From the NCBI GenBank assembly GCA_965279375.1, contig OZ257156.1:2464001-2528000 (forward strand): 64,000 bases of DNA, given 5' to 3'. This document shows positions 49,076 through 58,590 of this stretch, piece after piece; the first letter of the stretch is position 1, and each line of letters opens with the position of its first letter. Origin of the DNA: Gemmatimonas sp. GTDB taxonomy: Bacteria; Gemmatimonadota; Gemmatimonadetes; Gemmatimonadales; Gemmatimonadaceae. The notes under the pieces were generated by a model, which ran no database searches, was not told the origin of the DNA, and worked only from the letters and a program-made list of their open reading frames with translations. A program made the position numbers and the translations under genes.

Positions 49076-49722
49076 GTACGCAACCCAACGGTATCGTCGC
49101 TCTCGACTACAAGGATCGAGAGCAGGTTCGCGCGGCCGCCGCGCTACACGAGAAGCTTCTTGCCGACAGTCCCGTGCCGCTGTTGGGGCGTCTGTTCATG
49201 GAACGCTTCTACTACAGCACGCTGGTGAAGGACGGGCTGATTCACTGCGACCTGTATCGACAGGACGGCCAGTACGTCGCGTTCAGCGTCTATACGTGCT
49301 ATCCGGGGAGCTTCATCAGTCAGGGCATCAAGCGACACTTCCTGTACCTCTGCCTGCTGTTCACCGTGGCGCTGATCGCGAAGCCATCGCGCATCAAGAC
49401 CATCCTCGGCATGCGAGGTCAGACCAGCAAGCGCCTCTCGGAAAGCGAGATTGGAAAGGCCGGTGAATACCTCTCGTTGGGTGTGCTCGCGGAGTACCAG
49501 CAGATCAAGCACCCGCAGACCAACGTGCGCATTTCCAACATGCTTTTTGAACGCGCCATCGAATTCTTCAAGACGAGCGGCTACGAGGAGATTCTACTGG
49601 CGTTCAAGGTCTCCAACCGGCGCTCGATGCTGTTCTGGCTGTCGTACGGTGCCGTGCTGAAAGAGCGTCACTATGTCAACGACGAAAGCTGCCTCATGAC
49701 CCTCCGACTGGACCGGAAGTAG
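49072..49722 (+). CDS. Putative GNAT-fold acyltransferase
   Basis: AAALH, GEYLSLGVLAEYQ, SNRRSMLFWLSYGA resemble GNAT motifs; coupled to the SDR gene. Confidence 0.55.
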   Translation: MSTQPNGIVALDYKDREQVRAAAALHEKLLADSPVPLLGRLFMERFYYSTLVKDGLIHCDLYRQDGQYVAFSVYTCYPGSFISQGIKRHFLYLCLLFTVALIAKPSRIKTILGMRGQTSKRLSESEIGKAGEYLSLGVLAEYQQIKHPQTNVRISNMLFERAIEFFKTSGYEEILLAFKVSNRRSMLFWLSYGAVLKERHYVNDESCLMTLRLDRK

Positions 49723-50614
49723 CGGCGGCGCGCCAATTCGCGATCGCTTCCGCGGTAGTCGTGATGCGATAGTGACGGCGCACCTGGTCGAGCATCACCT
49801 GACACCGTTCACGTTTGCGCGCGGCGCTCATCGTCGAGAGCGTGAAAATGCGCGACTTCAAGCCGACCAAGCGGGACGCCGGCAGTGGGTCGGCCAGATC
49901 GATGAGGTGGAACAGGAGCGTCAATGGCCGTCCGCTGCGTCGAAAGCGATCCACGCCCGAACGAAAGAGCCACCCGCCAAGGAGCAGGGAGTAGCTCGGA
50001 TTGAAGGGTAGCGGAAAGGGACGGTGATCCGGCATCGACCATTCGACGAAGTCTCGGTCCGACAACGGCCGGTGCGGCGACTCCAGCGTCTTCACGGTGC
50101 TCTTGAGCGCCGTGGCGTATACCTCGGTCGGGAACGCCGACGAGTCGTACGCATACCCGCACTCGGCGAGCAGCTCCAGCGACTCGAGATCGATGTGGTA
50201 CCCGGGCGCGCGAAACCCTTTCACCTCGATCCCCAGTTCGCGCTCGAGGAGACGTTTGCTCTCCTCGATTTCGCGCCGCTTCGAGGCGGAATCGATCCGC
50301 GACAGATAGGCGTGGGTGAGCGAGTGCGACGCGATCTCGTGGCCTTGTTCGACGGCGGCCTCGATCAGCGCACGCTTGCGCGGGTCGTGTAATGAACGCG
50401 CAATCACGAACAGCGTAGCCCGCACGCCATTGTCGGCAAAGAAGCGCAGGAAATTGCGCATGCCGGTTTCGAAGATCGGGTCATCGGTCGCCGTGTAGCC
50501 CCAACCGTTGCCCTCGAAAATGTCCTGTGCGCCATCGAGGTCCACATGCACAGTGGCCACAGGAGTCGCCGGAGTGGGGGCGTTGCGCTGAGGCTTGGCA
50601 TCGCCGTGACTCAT
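49694..50614 (-). CDS. Polysaccharide deacetylase (NodB/CE4 family)
   Basis: VDLDG, ATLFV, HEIASHSLTH, GFRAPG, YDSS, LLFH. Confidence 0.88.
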   Translation of the reverse strand: MSHGDAKPQRNAPTPATPVATVHVDLDGAQDIFEGNGWGYTATDDPIFETGMRNFLRFFADNGVRATLFVIARSLHDPRKRALIEAAVEQGHEIASHSLTHAYLSRIDSASKRREIEESKRLLERELGIEVKGFRAPGYHIDLESLELLAECGYAYDSSAFPTEVYATALKSTVKTLESPHRPLSDRDFVEWSMPDHRPFPLPFNPSYSLLLGGWLFRSGVDRFRRSGRPLTLLFHLIDLADPLPASRLVGLKSRIFTLSTMSAARKRERCQVMLDQVRRHYRITTTAEAIANWRAAATSGPVGGS

Positions 50615-50695
50615 CTCATTTCCGGAGGCGTGCATGCGGTCAATGTGAATCGTTGAAGTCGCGCAGGTCGTGCTGCCATGCCGTATGCCCCGGTG

Positions 50696-52675
50696 TCAGC
50701 GAGTGCCGGGCGCCGTCGCGGTGCCGGTTGCGTTGGGCGCGGTGCCAGGGATCGTCCACAGTGGACGATCGACACTGGTGTCAGGCGACAGATCGCGAAT
50801 CACCGCGGTGTATCGTCCCGACGCCGAGAGCGTGAGTCGCGCGGCGCCCCAGCCGTTCTTCACCCAGAGGTCGCGAACGGACGACTGCGCGGTGGCCCAT
50901 CCCGGCGTGTTCTCGTCGAGCAGCGCCACGCTGATGGACGCACCCGCGGGGAGCGTGTCGGGCTCGAACTGCCACCGATCGCCGATGGTCAGCCGATTGT
51001 CGGCCCAGCGAAGCTTGCGAATGCTCGCGTAGGGACGCGCGCCGCTGCTGCGTACCGCCAGTTCGACGTCAGCGCTGTCGGCGACGATGAGCTCCATGCG
51101 ATAGCGCCGTGCTCCAGCGGGGATCCACGACACCGAGTAGTACGGCGTGACGACCGAGGGGTAGGAGGCACTTGCCGACGCGCTCTTCTCCTTGATGCCG
51201 GTGGCTGGCGGAGCGTTGACGTCGCTGTTCCAGCGCAATGCGCCGTTCGCGTCACGCACCCACACCGAGACGGTGAACTGATCGAGCCCTGGTGTAAACG
51301 AGCCGCCGGTGGACGCCATCGCTTCGTCGAACACACGCACACCGGGGACTCGCATTTCGCTGAAGCTGGTGCGATCCGGCACCAACTCCGGCGGTTGTCC
51401 GGCGGGCTGCGTACGTCCGTCGTGATGATACGCTTCGCTGTCGCTGAAAAAGCGGAAGGCGTGCTCGCGTTGCGTGTAGTTGTTGATGCCGTTCGTCACC
51501 GCCAGCACGGCGGCCATGCCGAGGACGATCGGGCGCAGTGGAGTGAGTGCGCCGAGCGCCGACAGCACGATCAACGCCGGAAGAAAATTGGGGACGTACA
51601 GAAAGGTCTCGCTGCCGAACAGCTGATACAGAGCGAACTGCCCGAGGATGAACAGGGCCACGAAGAGACGCATGCGCAGCGCCTCGCGCGCGCCCACGAG
51701 TGCCCATGTGCCGATCAGCAACAGGCCGCCCCACAACACCGACGAGATCAGCCCGAGTGTACCTGCGGAGCCGATGGCCGAGGGCTGTACGATCATGATC
51801 GGCCAGTCGGCTGCACCCGGTCGGTCAACAACGGCGATCGCGGGCATGACCACCGCGTGCATGAAATACGCGATGGCAACGCGCACCGGGCCGAGTGCTT
51901 CCGGCGCCATGATGTGCTCCGACTCCGACGGATTGCCAAGAAAGAACCCGGCGGAGGGAACGAACTTCTTCTGCAGCGTCCACAGAATCACCGTGAGCGC
52001 GAACGCGTTGACCGATAGCTGGATGGCACGACGCCACGGTCGCGTGACCACGGCCGTCGTCAATCCGGCAATCCAGTTGGTGACCGTGAGCCCCAGCGTG
52101 CTCGAACTGACGGCGATTTCGAGGAACTCGGGTACCGGTCGATGCATTGCGACGCCAACGACGAGCATCGCCAGCACGACGCTCAACGAGCCGATCGTAT
52201 GCGTCTCGGGGATCACGAACCAGAAGAGCGCTCCCGCACTCGTCATGGCGACGAGCGAGAACACCGACGCATCCGGCCGACGGCATCCGGTCAGGCGAAA
52301 GACGCAGTACAGGCCGGAGGACCAGAGGCCGCCGACGACGGCGAGAAAGATGCGAATGGAAACCCACAGATCGAGCCCCAGCCCCTTATGCAGCGCCAGC
52401 ACCGGCGGGAGCACGAACATCGCAAACAGCGGGTGCACATCCGCACGTGCATGATTGGAGAAGCGATCGCTCATGTTGGCCATGACGCGCGCGATGTCGG
52501 CTTCGAACCAGACGTCGCCCGAGCTCCTCGTCAGCAGGCGCTGATCGAGGCGCCCCGACCCGATCCAAATCGTTACGAGCGCTGCGACGAACCAGACCGC
52601 GGCGATCGCGATGTCTGTCCGATAGGTGCCGATCGTGGCGGCGCGCGGAGCGTCAGCAGAACGGAGTTCGCTCAT
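50696..52675 (-). CDS. Multi-pass membrane protein (GT-C-like) with C-terminal extracytoplasmic domain
   Basis: WFEAD, HPLF, IPET, GLTVTNW, ETFLY; start placed at ATG 52675. Confidence 0.68.
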   Translation of the reverse strand: MSELRSADAPRAATIGTYRTDIAIAAVWFVAALVTIWIGSGRLDQRLLTRSSGDVWFEADIARVMANMSDRFSNHARADVHPLFAMFVLPPVLALHKGLGLDLWVSIRIFLAVVGGLWSSGLYCVFRLTGCRRPDASVFSLVAMTSAGALFWFVIPETHTIGSLSVVLAMLVVGVAMHRPVPEFLEIAVSSSTLGLTVTNWIAGLTTAVVTRPWRRAIQLSVNAFALTVILWTLQKKFVPSAGFFLGNPSESEHIMAPEALGPVRVAIAYFMHAVVMPAIAVVDRPGAADWPIMIVQPSAIGSAGTLGLISSVLWGGLLLIGTWALVGAREALRMRLFVALFILGQFALYQLFGSETFLYVPNFLPALIVLSALGALTPLRPIVLGMAAVLAVTNGINNYTQREHAFRFFSDSEAYHHDGRTQPAGQPPELVPDRTSFSEMRVPGVRVFDEAMASTGGSFTPGLDQFTVSVWVRDANGALRWNSDVNAPPATGIKEKSASASASYPSVVTPYYSVSWIPAGARRYRMELIVADSADVELAVRSSGARPYASIRKLRWADNRLTIGDRWQFEPDTLPAGASISVALLDENTPGWATAQSSVRDLWVKNGWGAARLTLSASGRYTAVIRDLSPDTSVDRPLWTIPGTAPNATGTATAPGTR

Positions 52676-52840
52676 ACAGGAGATGTGGGGGAACGTGCGC
52701 GCATACTTGCGGCGAGATCCGACCTGCGTAGGCAACCTGCAGAGCGACGGGTGATGGCGGAAGAGCGCCGTCCCGCAGCGCGACGCATCAGGAAGGGCCC
52801 CAACCTCGCGTGGGTGTTGCTTTGTCCTTACCTTCGGCCG

Positions 52841-54466
52841 ATGATGACCCAAGGCGTCCCGCTGCCACCGTCACAGCTCTGGTACCGTGTGAGCGCCGGT
52901 TTCTTCACCGTCGTCGCGGTGCTTTGGGCGATCGCATCGCTCTTCTATCCGTTCGGATGGGATCAGGGCATCATCGCCCTCGTCGGTGATTCCATCCTGC
53001 AGGGCGGTATGCCGTACCGCGACTCGTGGGACATGAAGGGCCCCGTCGCGTTTCTCTGGTTCGCGCTCGCGCAGGCGCTCTTTGGGAAGGGGATGCTCGG
53101 CATCCGCGCGCTCGATCTCATCATGATCTTGTGGGCGGCGATAGCGATCGGAAGGGCAGGTGGTCGTCTGACTCGACCGGCCGCCGCCTGGTGGATTTCG
53201 ATCGCGGTGGTGCTGGTCTATGCCTCGCTGAGCTACTTCCACCTCGCGCAGCCGGACGGCGTAGCGTCGCTCGCGCTCGGCATCGTGCTGTCCGCGCTGC
53301 TGGTCGACCCGACACGTCGACGCACCATCGTGGCCGCAGCCGCCGTGATCGGCGTATGCACGCTGGTTAAACCGCTCTACATCGGATATCTGGGCATTCC
53401 GGTTATCGCGGTCCTGTTCTCGACCGAACAACCGCTTCGATCGCGCGCGACCACGCTCGTAGCGCTCGGCACCGCGTGCGCCATTCCGATCGTGCTGGTG
53501 GTCCTCTGGTTTGTCGCACGAGGTGCACTGGGTGACCTGATCGACGTGCACCTGCGCTACACGGCGAGCAACTACTCGCGTGTCGCCTCGATCCGGCTGC
53601 TCGATCGGGTGCTGCCGATCGTGAAGTATCTCAGTCAGCTGCCGCAGGGAACCGGGCTCGTCTTTCTCCCGCTCGGTGTCTGGGCCGCCTGGCAGCGCGA
53701 TCGTCGCGCGGCGACGCTGCTCGCCCTCTGGTTCGCGGCCGGGATCATCGTGGTCGGCGTGCAGGCCAAGTTCTACGTCTATCACTGGACGGTGATCTTC
53801 CCACCAGCGGTGCTCCTCATGGCCTACGGAATCGAGTGGATGCTCCCCACGCGCCGCACCGATGGTACGCCAGGCAGTCTGATGGCGACGCTCCGTGCCG
53901 CTGGCGGTATGGCAGCGACCGCACTTCTGCTGGGGCAATATGCGGTGAGCCCGGCACGCGACATCGTCCACTGGGCGAAGTTCGTGGCGCGCGTTGATTC
54001 GCCGACGACCTACTACCATCGGTTCACCTTCGGTCGCGACCCATACTTTGCCGACGAGCAGATCGAGGCGGCACGGTATCTGGAATCGCACACCGAGCCA
54101 GGAGACCCGATCGCCCTGTACGGCTACAACTCAACCGCGCTCTACCTGTCCAATCGTCCGAACGCGACGCGCTTCACATTTTCGCTTCCACTTTTTGCCG
54201 GAGGCGTCGGAAGCCCCTTCGTGCAGAAGTACCGCGCTGAATGGATGACGGCGATGACGCGCGCGCCGAAATACATCATTGTCGGTCTACGACTCAAGTA
54301 TCGCTCGCGCGATTTGACCGACTGGCCGGAGTTCTACGCATTGCTCACGCGCGACTTCGCGATCGAGAAATCGTTTGGCATCATCGATCTGTGGCGGCGC
54401 CGTTCTGACGCCGTCGGGGCGGTCGGACCAACGGCAATCGCGCGCGACGACGAGCTGCGTCGCTAG
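52841..54466 (+). CDS. GT39-like GT-C membrane glycosyltransferase
   Basis: GWDQG, PYRDSWDMKGP, AQPD, VKP, FYVYHW; ORF-track extension from 52142 overlaps a real gene. Confidence 0.8.
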   Translation: MMTQGVPLPPSQLWYRVSAGFFTVVAVLWAIASLFYPFGWDQGIIALVGDSILQGGMPYRDSWDMKGPVAFLWFALAQALFGKGMLGIRALDLIMILWAAIAIGRAGGRLTRPAAAWWISIAVVLVYASLSYFHLAQPDGVASLALGIVLSALLVDPTRRRTIVAAAAVIGVCTLVKPLYIGYLGIPVIAVLFSTEQPLRSRATTLVALGTACAIPIVLVVLWFVARGALGDLIDVHLRYTASNYSRVASIRLLDRVLPIVKYLSQLPQGTGLVFLPLGVWAAWQRDRRAATLLALWFAAGIIVVGVQAKFYVYHWTVIFPPAVLLMAYGIEWMLPTRRTDGTPGSLMATLRAAGGMAATALLLGQYAVSPARDIVHWAKFVARVDSPTTYYHRFTFGRDPYFADEQIEAARYLESHTEPGDPIALYGYNSTALYLSNRPNATRFTFSLPLFAGGVGSPFVQKYRAEWMTAMTRAPKYIIVGLRLKYRSRDLTDWPEFYALLTRDFAIEKSFGIIDLWRRRSDAVGAVGPTAIARDDELRR

Positions 54467-54473
54467 CCGATCG

Positions 54474-56387
54474 TCACTCCTGGTGCGGCTTGTCTATCGC
54501 CGCGCGCAGTCGTGGAAGGACCCGATCGCCTGCAGCGGTGCCCATGAGATTGTGCGCTTCAGCGGGGTCGGCCAGATAGTCGAACAGCTCCTCTTCGCCG
54601 TCCCCGCGCCGAATGAAGTGATACTGCGCGTCGAGGGCACTGCGCATTGCGCCGAATCGCACCGGCTCATTCTCCTCCGGCCGCGGTTTGGCGCCAAGGT
54701 GCGCGACGATCGGAGCGGCGGTGTCCGTCGAGACCTCGGTCGACCAGAGCGCAGAAAACGACGTCCCCGGGAGCTTCGCGTCCTTGCCGAGCCCCGTGAG
54801 GTCCAGCACCGTCGCCGTGAGATCGCGCAGCGTGACGGGTGCGCTGACGCGCACGCCACGCGGCACACGCGCGGGATACCGGATCACGAGCGGAACGTGG
54901 AGCAGCGGCAAATAGAGTGCGTTGGCATGTTCGGTGAGTCCGTGTTCGCCGAACAGTTCGCCGTGATCCGACGTGATGATGACGATCGTATTGTCGAGCG
55001 CGCCCGTGCGCTGCAGCTCGTCGAGCATGCGACCGACATTGTCGTCGATCGTGGCGATCGATGCGTCGTACTTGCCCAGTGACCGGTGCGCAGGCTGCGC
55101 AAACTTCTTCAGCAGCGAATCGGGCGCTTTGTAGTCCATGTGCGCGTCGAAGAAATTCAGGAACGCAAAGAACGGACGTCCCTTCACGGTCTTCTGCCAC
55201 TCGAGAAATGCCGACGTGATCTCCGACGATGAGCGACGGGCGTACGTGTCGGAGTTGAAGTTGCGCTCGTCGAACTGCGTATCGATGTGTCGGATCGACC
55301 ACAGCACATCGATGAGCGAGTGCGCTCCCATGATCTGCTTGAAGACCGGCGTATGGGCCAGCCAGGCGTGCCCGAGCAGCTGGTGCATCGTCGGGTGATA
55401 GTCGTCGTAGTGCTCGAACCCTCTCGCCAGCCCCGACTCGCGTGACGTATAGAGCAGGTTGGCCACGAAGCCGCCCGTGGCGTATCCGCCTGCCTGCAGG
55501 CGCTCGGCGAGCATTGGCGAGTCGCCGCGCACCAAGCTGACGAAATCACCCTGGATGGCATCGGCGTCGAGCCCGGCGAACATGCTGGCGTGTGACTTGA
55601 GTGTCCACGGAGCGGTGCTGAAGGCCCGATCGAAGGTGACCCCTTCACCGGCCAGCGCAGAAAGGCGTGGACTGGTCTGCGGGGCGTATCCGTAGAGATT
55701 CAGATTGGCGGCTCGCACCGTGTCCCAGACCAGCAGCAGCACATTGGGCGCCCCCGCCGGCGCGTGGTCAGCGGCCGTGACAACGACACTGCCCGACCCC
55801 GAGCGCAGGGCGAACTGCGTCGCGACCATCGCGACCGTGACCGCAGTGAGCGCGCCGAGCCCCAGCCGCACGCGCCGCAGCCAGCGCGCGCCTCCGCCGC
55901 GGGCGCTGCGCCCGACCTGTACGGCGACGCCAATCGACAGCAGGATGATTGAGACCCGCGTCAGCTCGGCGAACGGGAGCAGCAGAGAAAACACCGACAG
56001 CCCCGCAAAAAATCCGCTGGTCGCCACGTTGACGCGAAAGCGGGGGAACAGCAGCGCGAGTAGCGCCCAGCCGGCGGCCAGCACCAGGTAGATGATCAGG
56101 TACGCGGCGGGCGCCATCCACACGTAGTCCGGGCTGGCAAAGATGAATCGCTCCCGGAGGTAATGGTTGATGCCTGCCAGTGAGAGTTGGAGCAGCGCGG
56201 TGATCAGCGCGAAGCAGGCGGCAATCGCGAGCGCAGTCCCGGCGCCGCCGAGCCGCGACTCCGTCGGCTCGCTACTGCTCTTCCCGTCGGCGCTCCCCTG
56301 CGCCGGCGCCAGACCTCGAAGCAGCAGGAGCAGCGCAAGCCCGATGAGTCCCCCCTGTACGACAAGGCTTGTGATGTCCGAGTTCAT
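54474..56387 (-). CDS. Membrane-anchored sulfatase-like (alkaline phosphatase superfamily) protein
   Basis: Several N-terminal TMs; PNVLLLVWDTVRA, APWTLKSHASMF, DAH, SDHGE, H, HVPL; AGGAG SD before ATG 56387. Confidence 0.88.
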   Translation of the reverse strand: MNSDITSLVVQGGLIGLALLLLLRGLAPAQGSADGKSSSEPTESRLGGAGTALAIAACFALITALLQLSLAGINHYLRERFIFASPDYVWMAPAAYLIIYLVLAAGWALLALLFPRFRVNVATSGFFAGLSVFSLLLPFAELTRVSIILLSIGVAVQVGRSARGGGARWLRRVRLGLGALTAVTVAMVATQFALRSGSGSVVVTAADHAPAGAPNVLLLVWDTVRAANLNLYGYAPQTSPRLSALAGEGVTFDRAFSTAPWTLKSHASMFAGLDADAIQGDFVSLVRGDSPMLAERLQAGGYATGGFVANLLYTSRESGLARGFEHYDDYHPTMHQLLGHAWLAHTPVFKQIMGAHSLIDVLWSIRHIDTQFDERNFNSDTYARRSSSEITSAFLEWQKTVKGRPFFAFLNFFDAHMDYKAPDSLLKKFAQPAHRSLGKYDASIATIDDNVGRMLDELQRTGALDNTIVIITSDHGELFGEHGLTEHANALYLPLLHVPLVIRYPARVPRGVRVSAPVTLRDLTATVLDLTGLGKDAKLPGTSFSALWSTEVSTDTAAPIVAHLGAKPRPEENEPVRFGAMRSALDAQYHFIRRGDGEEELFDYLADPAEAHNLMGTAAGDRVLPRLRAAIDKPHQE

Positions 56388-56745
56388 TCGGCGCCACTCC
56401 TGCGGCGTGCCGGCTGCGTGATGGGACGAGAGCGCGTGCCGTCCAAGAGGGCGGTTGATTCGCCGGGGGAGTCGACGCGGAGATCTTAACGCGTACTTTA
56501 CTTTCGGTTTGGGAACCGTAACAGGTCCGGACCCGGCATTTCCAGTGCGTAGCCTCCGGGTTGTCGTGGGTGTGAGCGGTCGCCTGGCCGAATACCTTTC
56601 TCCCTGCACACACCCACTTCGATACGCGGGATCGGCGTCGTGCGTCAGCATGCAGGCAGTGCGCGTCTGTCCTTCCAATCACTCGACCGGTTTATGAATT
56701 CGGGTTGCCACACTCGTACGAACGCGGTGCCACGCTCGCGCGCCG

Positions 56746-58590
56746 ATGGCTGACGTCCGCACGGTCGTCGTAATCGGCCTTGACGGCCTCGAGCCCGGCA
56801 TCGCCGAGCCGATGATGGACGCCGGCGCACTTCCGCATCTGGCAGCGCTGCGTGCCCGCGGTGGATTCGGTCGCGTGGCTACGACCACGCCGGCGCAGAC
56901 TCCGGTCGCCTGGTCGACTTTCGCCACCGGCGTGAATCCCGGCGCCCACGGCATTTTCGATTTCATTCGGCGCGATCCCAAGACCTACCTGCCCGACCTC
57001 GCGCTCAATCGCTACGAGCAGAAGAGCAGCTTCCTCCCCCCCAAGGCGGTCAACCTCCGCCGGGGAACGCCGCTCTGGGAAGTGCTCAGCAAGGCTGGCA
57101 TTCCGTCCACGGTCATTCGCTGCCCGTGCACCTACCCGCCCGACAACTTCAAGGGGCGCATGCTCTCCGGCATGGGCGTGCCCGATCTGCGCGGGGGACT
57201 GGGCACCAACACCTTCTACAGCACGAAGGCGGGAGTGAAGGCCGAGGAGAGCGAGGCAGTGGTGGCGCTCAAGTCAGACGGCCGCAGCATCCGGACGCAC
57301 CTCATCGGCCCGCGCAATCCAAAGACCGGCGGCGATCAGCTTCTCGATATCACCGTCGATCTCGATGTGGCCGGTCGCAAAGTCGTCGTGAAGTCCGATG
57401 GGCAGCCCAAGGCGCTCGAGGTGCGCGTCGGCGAGTGGAGCGACTGGCTGCGCGTCAAGTTCAAGCTGGGGATGCTCCAATCGGTCAGCGGCATGGTGCG
57501 CTTCCATCTCGTGAGCCTCGAGCCGTTCGTGGAGCTCTACGCGTCCCCGATCAACTTCGACCCGGAAACGCCCATGTTTCCGATCAGCCACCCGTGGGAC
57601 TATGCGCAGGAGTTGCAGCGCAAGGTCGGCACGTTCTACACGACGGGCATGGTCGAGGATCACGGTGGTCTGAACAACGAGCGCTTTGACGAACACGCCT
57701 TTCTCGCGCAGTGCGAGGGCGTGCTCAAAGAGCGTGAAGCGATGCTGTCGTACGAGCTCGATCGCCTGACGGAAGGCTTCCTGTTCTGTCTCTTCGACAC
57801 GCCGGACCGTCTGCAGCACATGATGTGGCGTTTCCGCGAGGACGCGCATCCCGCCAACCACGGGAAGATCGAGGCGAGCTATCGGGCCGCGATCGAAGAG
57901 CACTATCAGCGCAGCGATGCCGTCGTGGGACGCGCGATGCAGCGAGCGGACGACCGCACGCTCTTCATCGTCATGTCCGACCACGGCTTCTCGAGCTTCC
58001 AGCGCGGCGTGCACCTGAACAGCTGGTTGCAGGCCAACGGCTTCCTCACGCTCAAGAACGGTGCGACGCCCGGCGATGCCGGCGACTTCTTCAAGAACGT
58101 GGACTGGTCGCGCACCAAGGCCTACGCGCTCGGACTCGGCAGCATGTATCTCAACCTTGCCGGCCGAGAGGCCGAAGGGATCGTCGCGCCGCAGGACGCC
58201 GCGTCGGTGGCGCAGGCGATCGCGGAGGGCATGCGCGGTATGCCGGATCCCGAGCGCGGCACGGTGGCCGTGCGACGCGTCGCGCTGCGCGACGAGATCT
58301 ACTCGGGCGCCTATGCACACGAGTCACCCGACATGGTCGCGCTCTTCAACGCGGGCTATCGCGTCTCATGGGACACCGCGCTCGGTGGCATTCCGCATGG
58401 GCTCATCGAGAACAACACCAAGAAGTGGGGCGGTGACCACATCATCGATCCGCTGCTCGTGCCCGGTGTGCTCTTCATGAACCGACCGTTCCGCACCGAG
58501 GGCGCGCGACTGCTCGACCTCGCGCCCACCATCCTCTCGGCGCTTGGACCGGGAAAGATTTCCGCCATGGAAGGGGAGTCCCTGCTGTGA
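56746..58590 (+). CDS. Alkaline-phosphatase-superfamily phosphodiesterase / nucleotide pyrophosphatase
   Basis: GLDG, PAQTPVAWSTFATG, DRLQH, SDHGF, WGGDH, LLDLAPT. Confidence 0.9.
   Translation: MADVRTVVVIGLDGLEPGIAEPMMDAGALPHLAALRARGGFGRVATTTPAQTPVAWSTFATGVNPGAHGIFDFIRRDPKTYLPDLALNRYEQKSSFLPPKAVNLRRGTPLWEVLSKAGIPSTVIRCPCTYPPDNFKGRMLSGMGVPDLRGGLGTNTFYSTKAGVKAEESEAVVALKSDGRSIRTHLIGPRNPKTGGDQLLDITVDLDVAGRKVVVKSDGQPKALEVRVGEWSDWLRVKFKLGMLQSVSGMVRFHLVSLEPFVELYASPINFDPETPMFPISHPWDYAQELQRKVGTFYTTGMVEDHGGLNNERFDEHAFLAQCEGVLKEREAMLSYELDRLTEGFLFCLFDTPDRLQHMMWRFREDAHPANHGKIEASYRAAIEEHYQRSDAVVGRAMQRADDRTLFIVMSDHGFSSFQRGVHLNSWLQANGFLTLKNGATPGDAGDFFKNVDWSRTKAYALGLGSMYLNLAGREAEGIVAPQDAASVAQAIAEGMRGMPDPERGTVAVRRVALRDEIYSGAYAHESPDMVALFNAGYRVSWDTALGGIPHGLIENNTKKWGGDHIIDPLLVPGVLFMNRPFRTEGARLLDLAPTILSALGPGKISAMEGESLL

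Noticed and set aside
44639..49722. Polyketide or methoxymalonyl-ACP cluster
   Set aside because: No ketosynthase and no FkbI/FkbK-type dehydrogenases are present in the window
52142..52840. 774-aa version of the GT39-like gene
   Set aside because: The first ~230 codons overlap the opposite-strand gene and look non-coding
56718..56732. Minus-strand TGGCAC as a sigma54 promoter for the sulfatase-like gene
   Set aside because: The -12 position reads GT instead of GC
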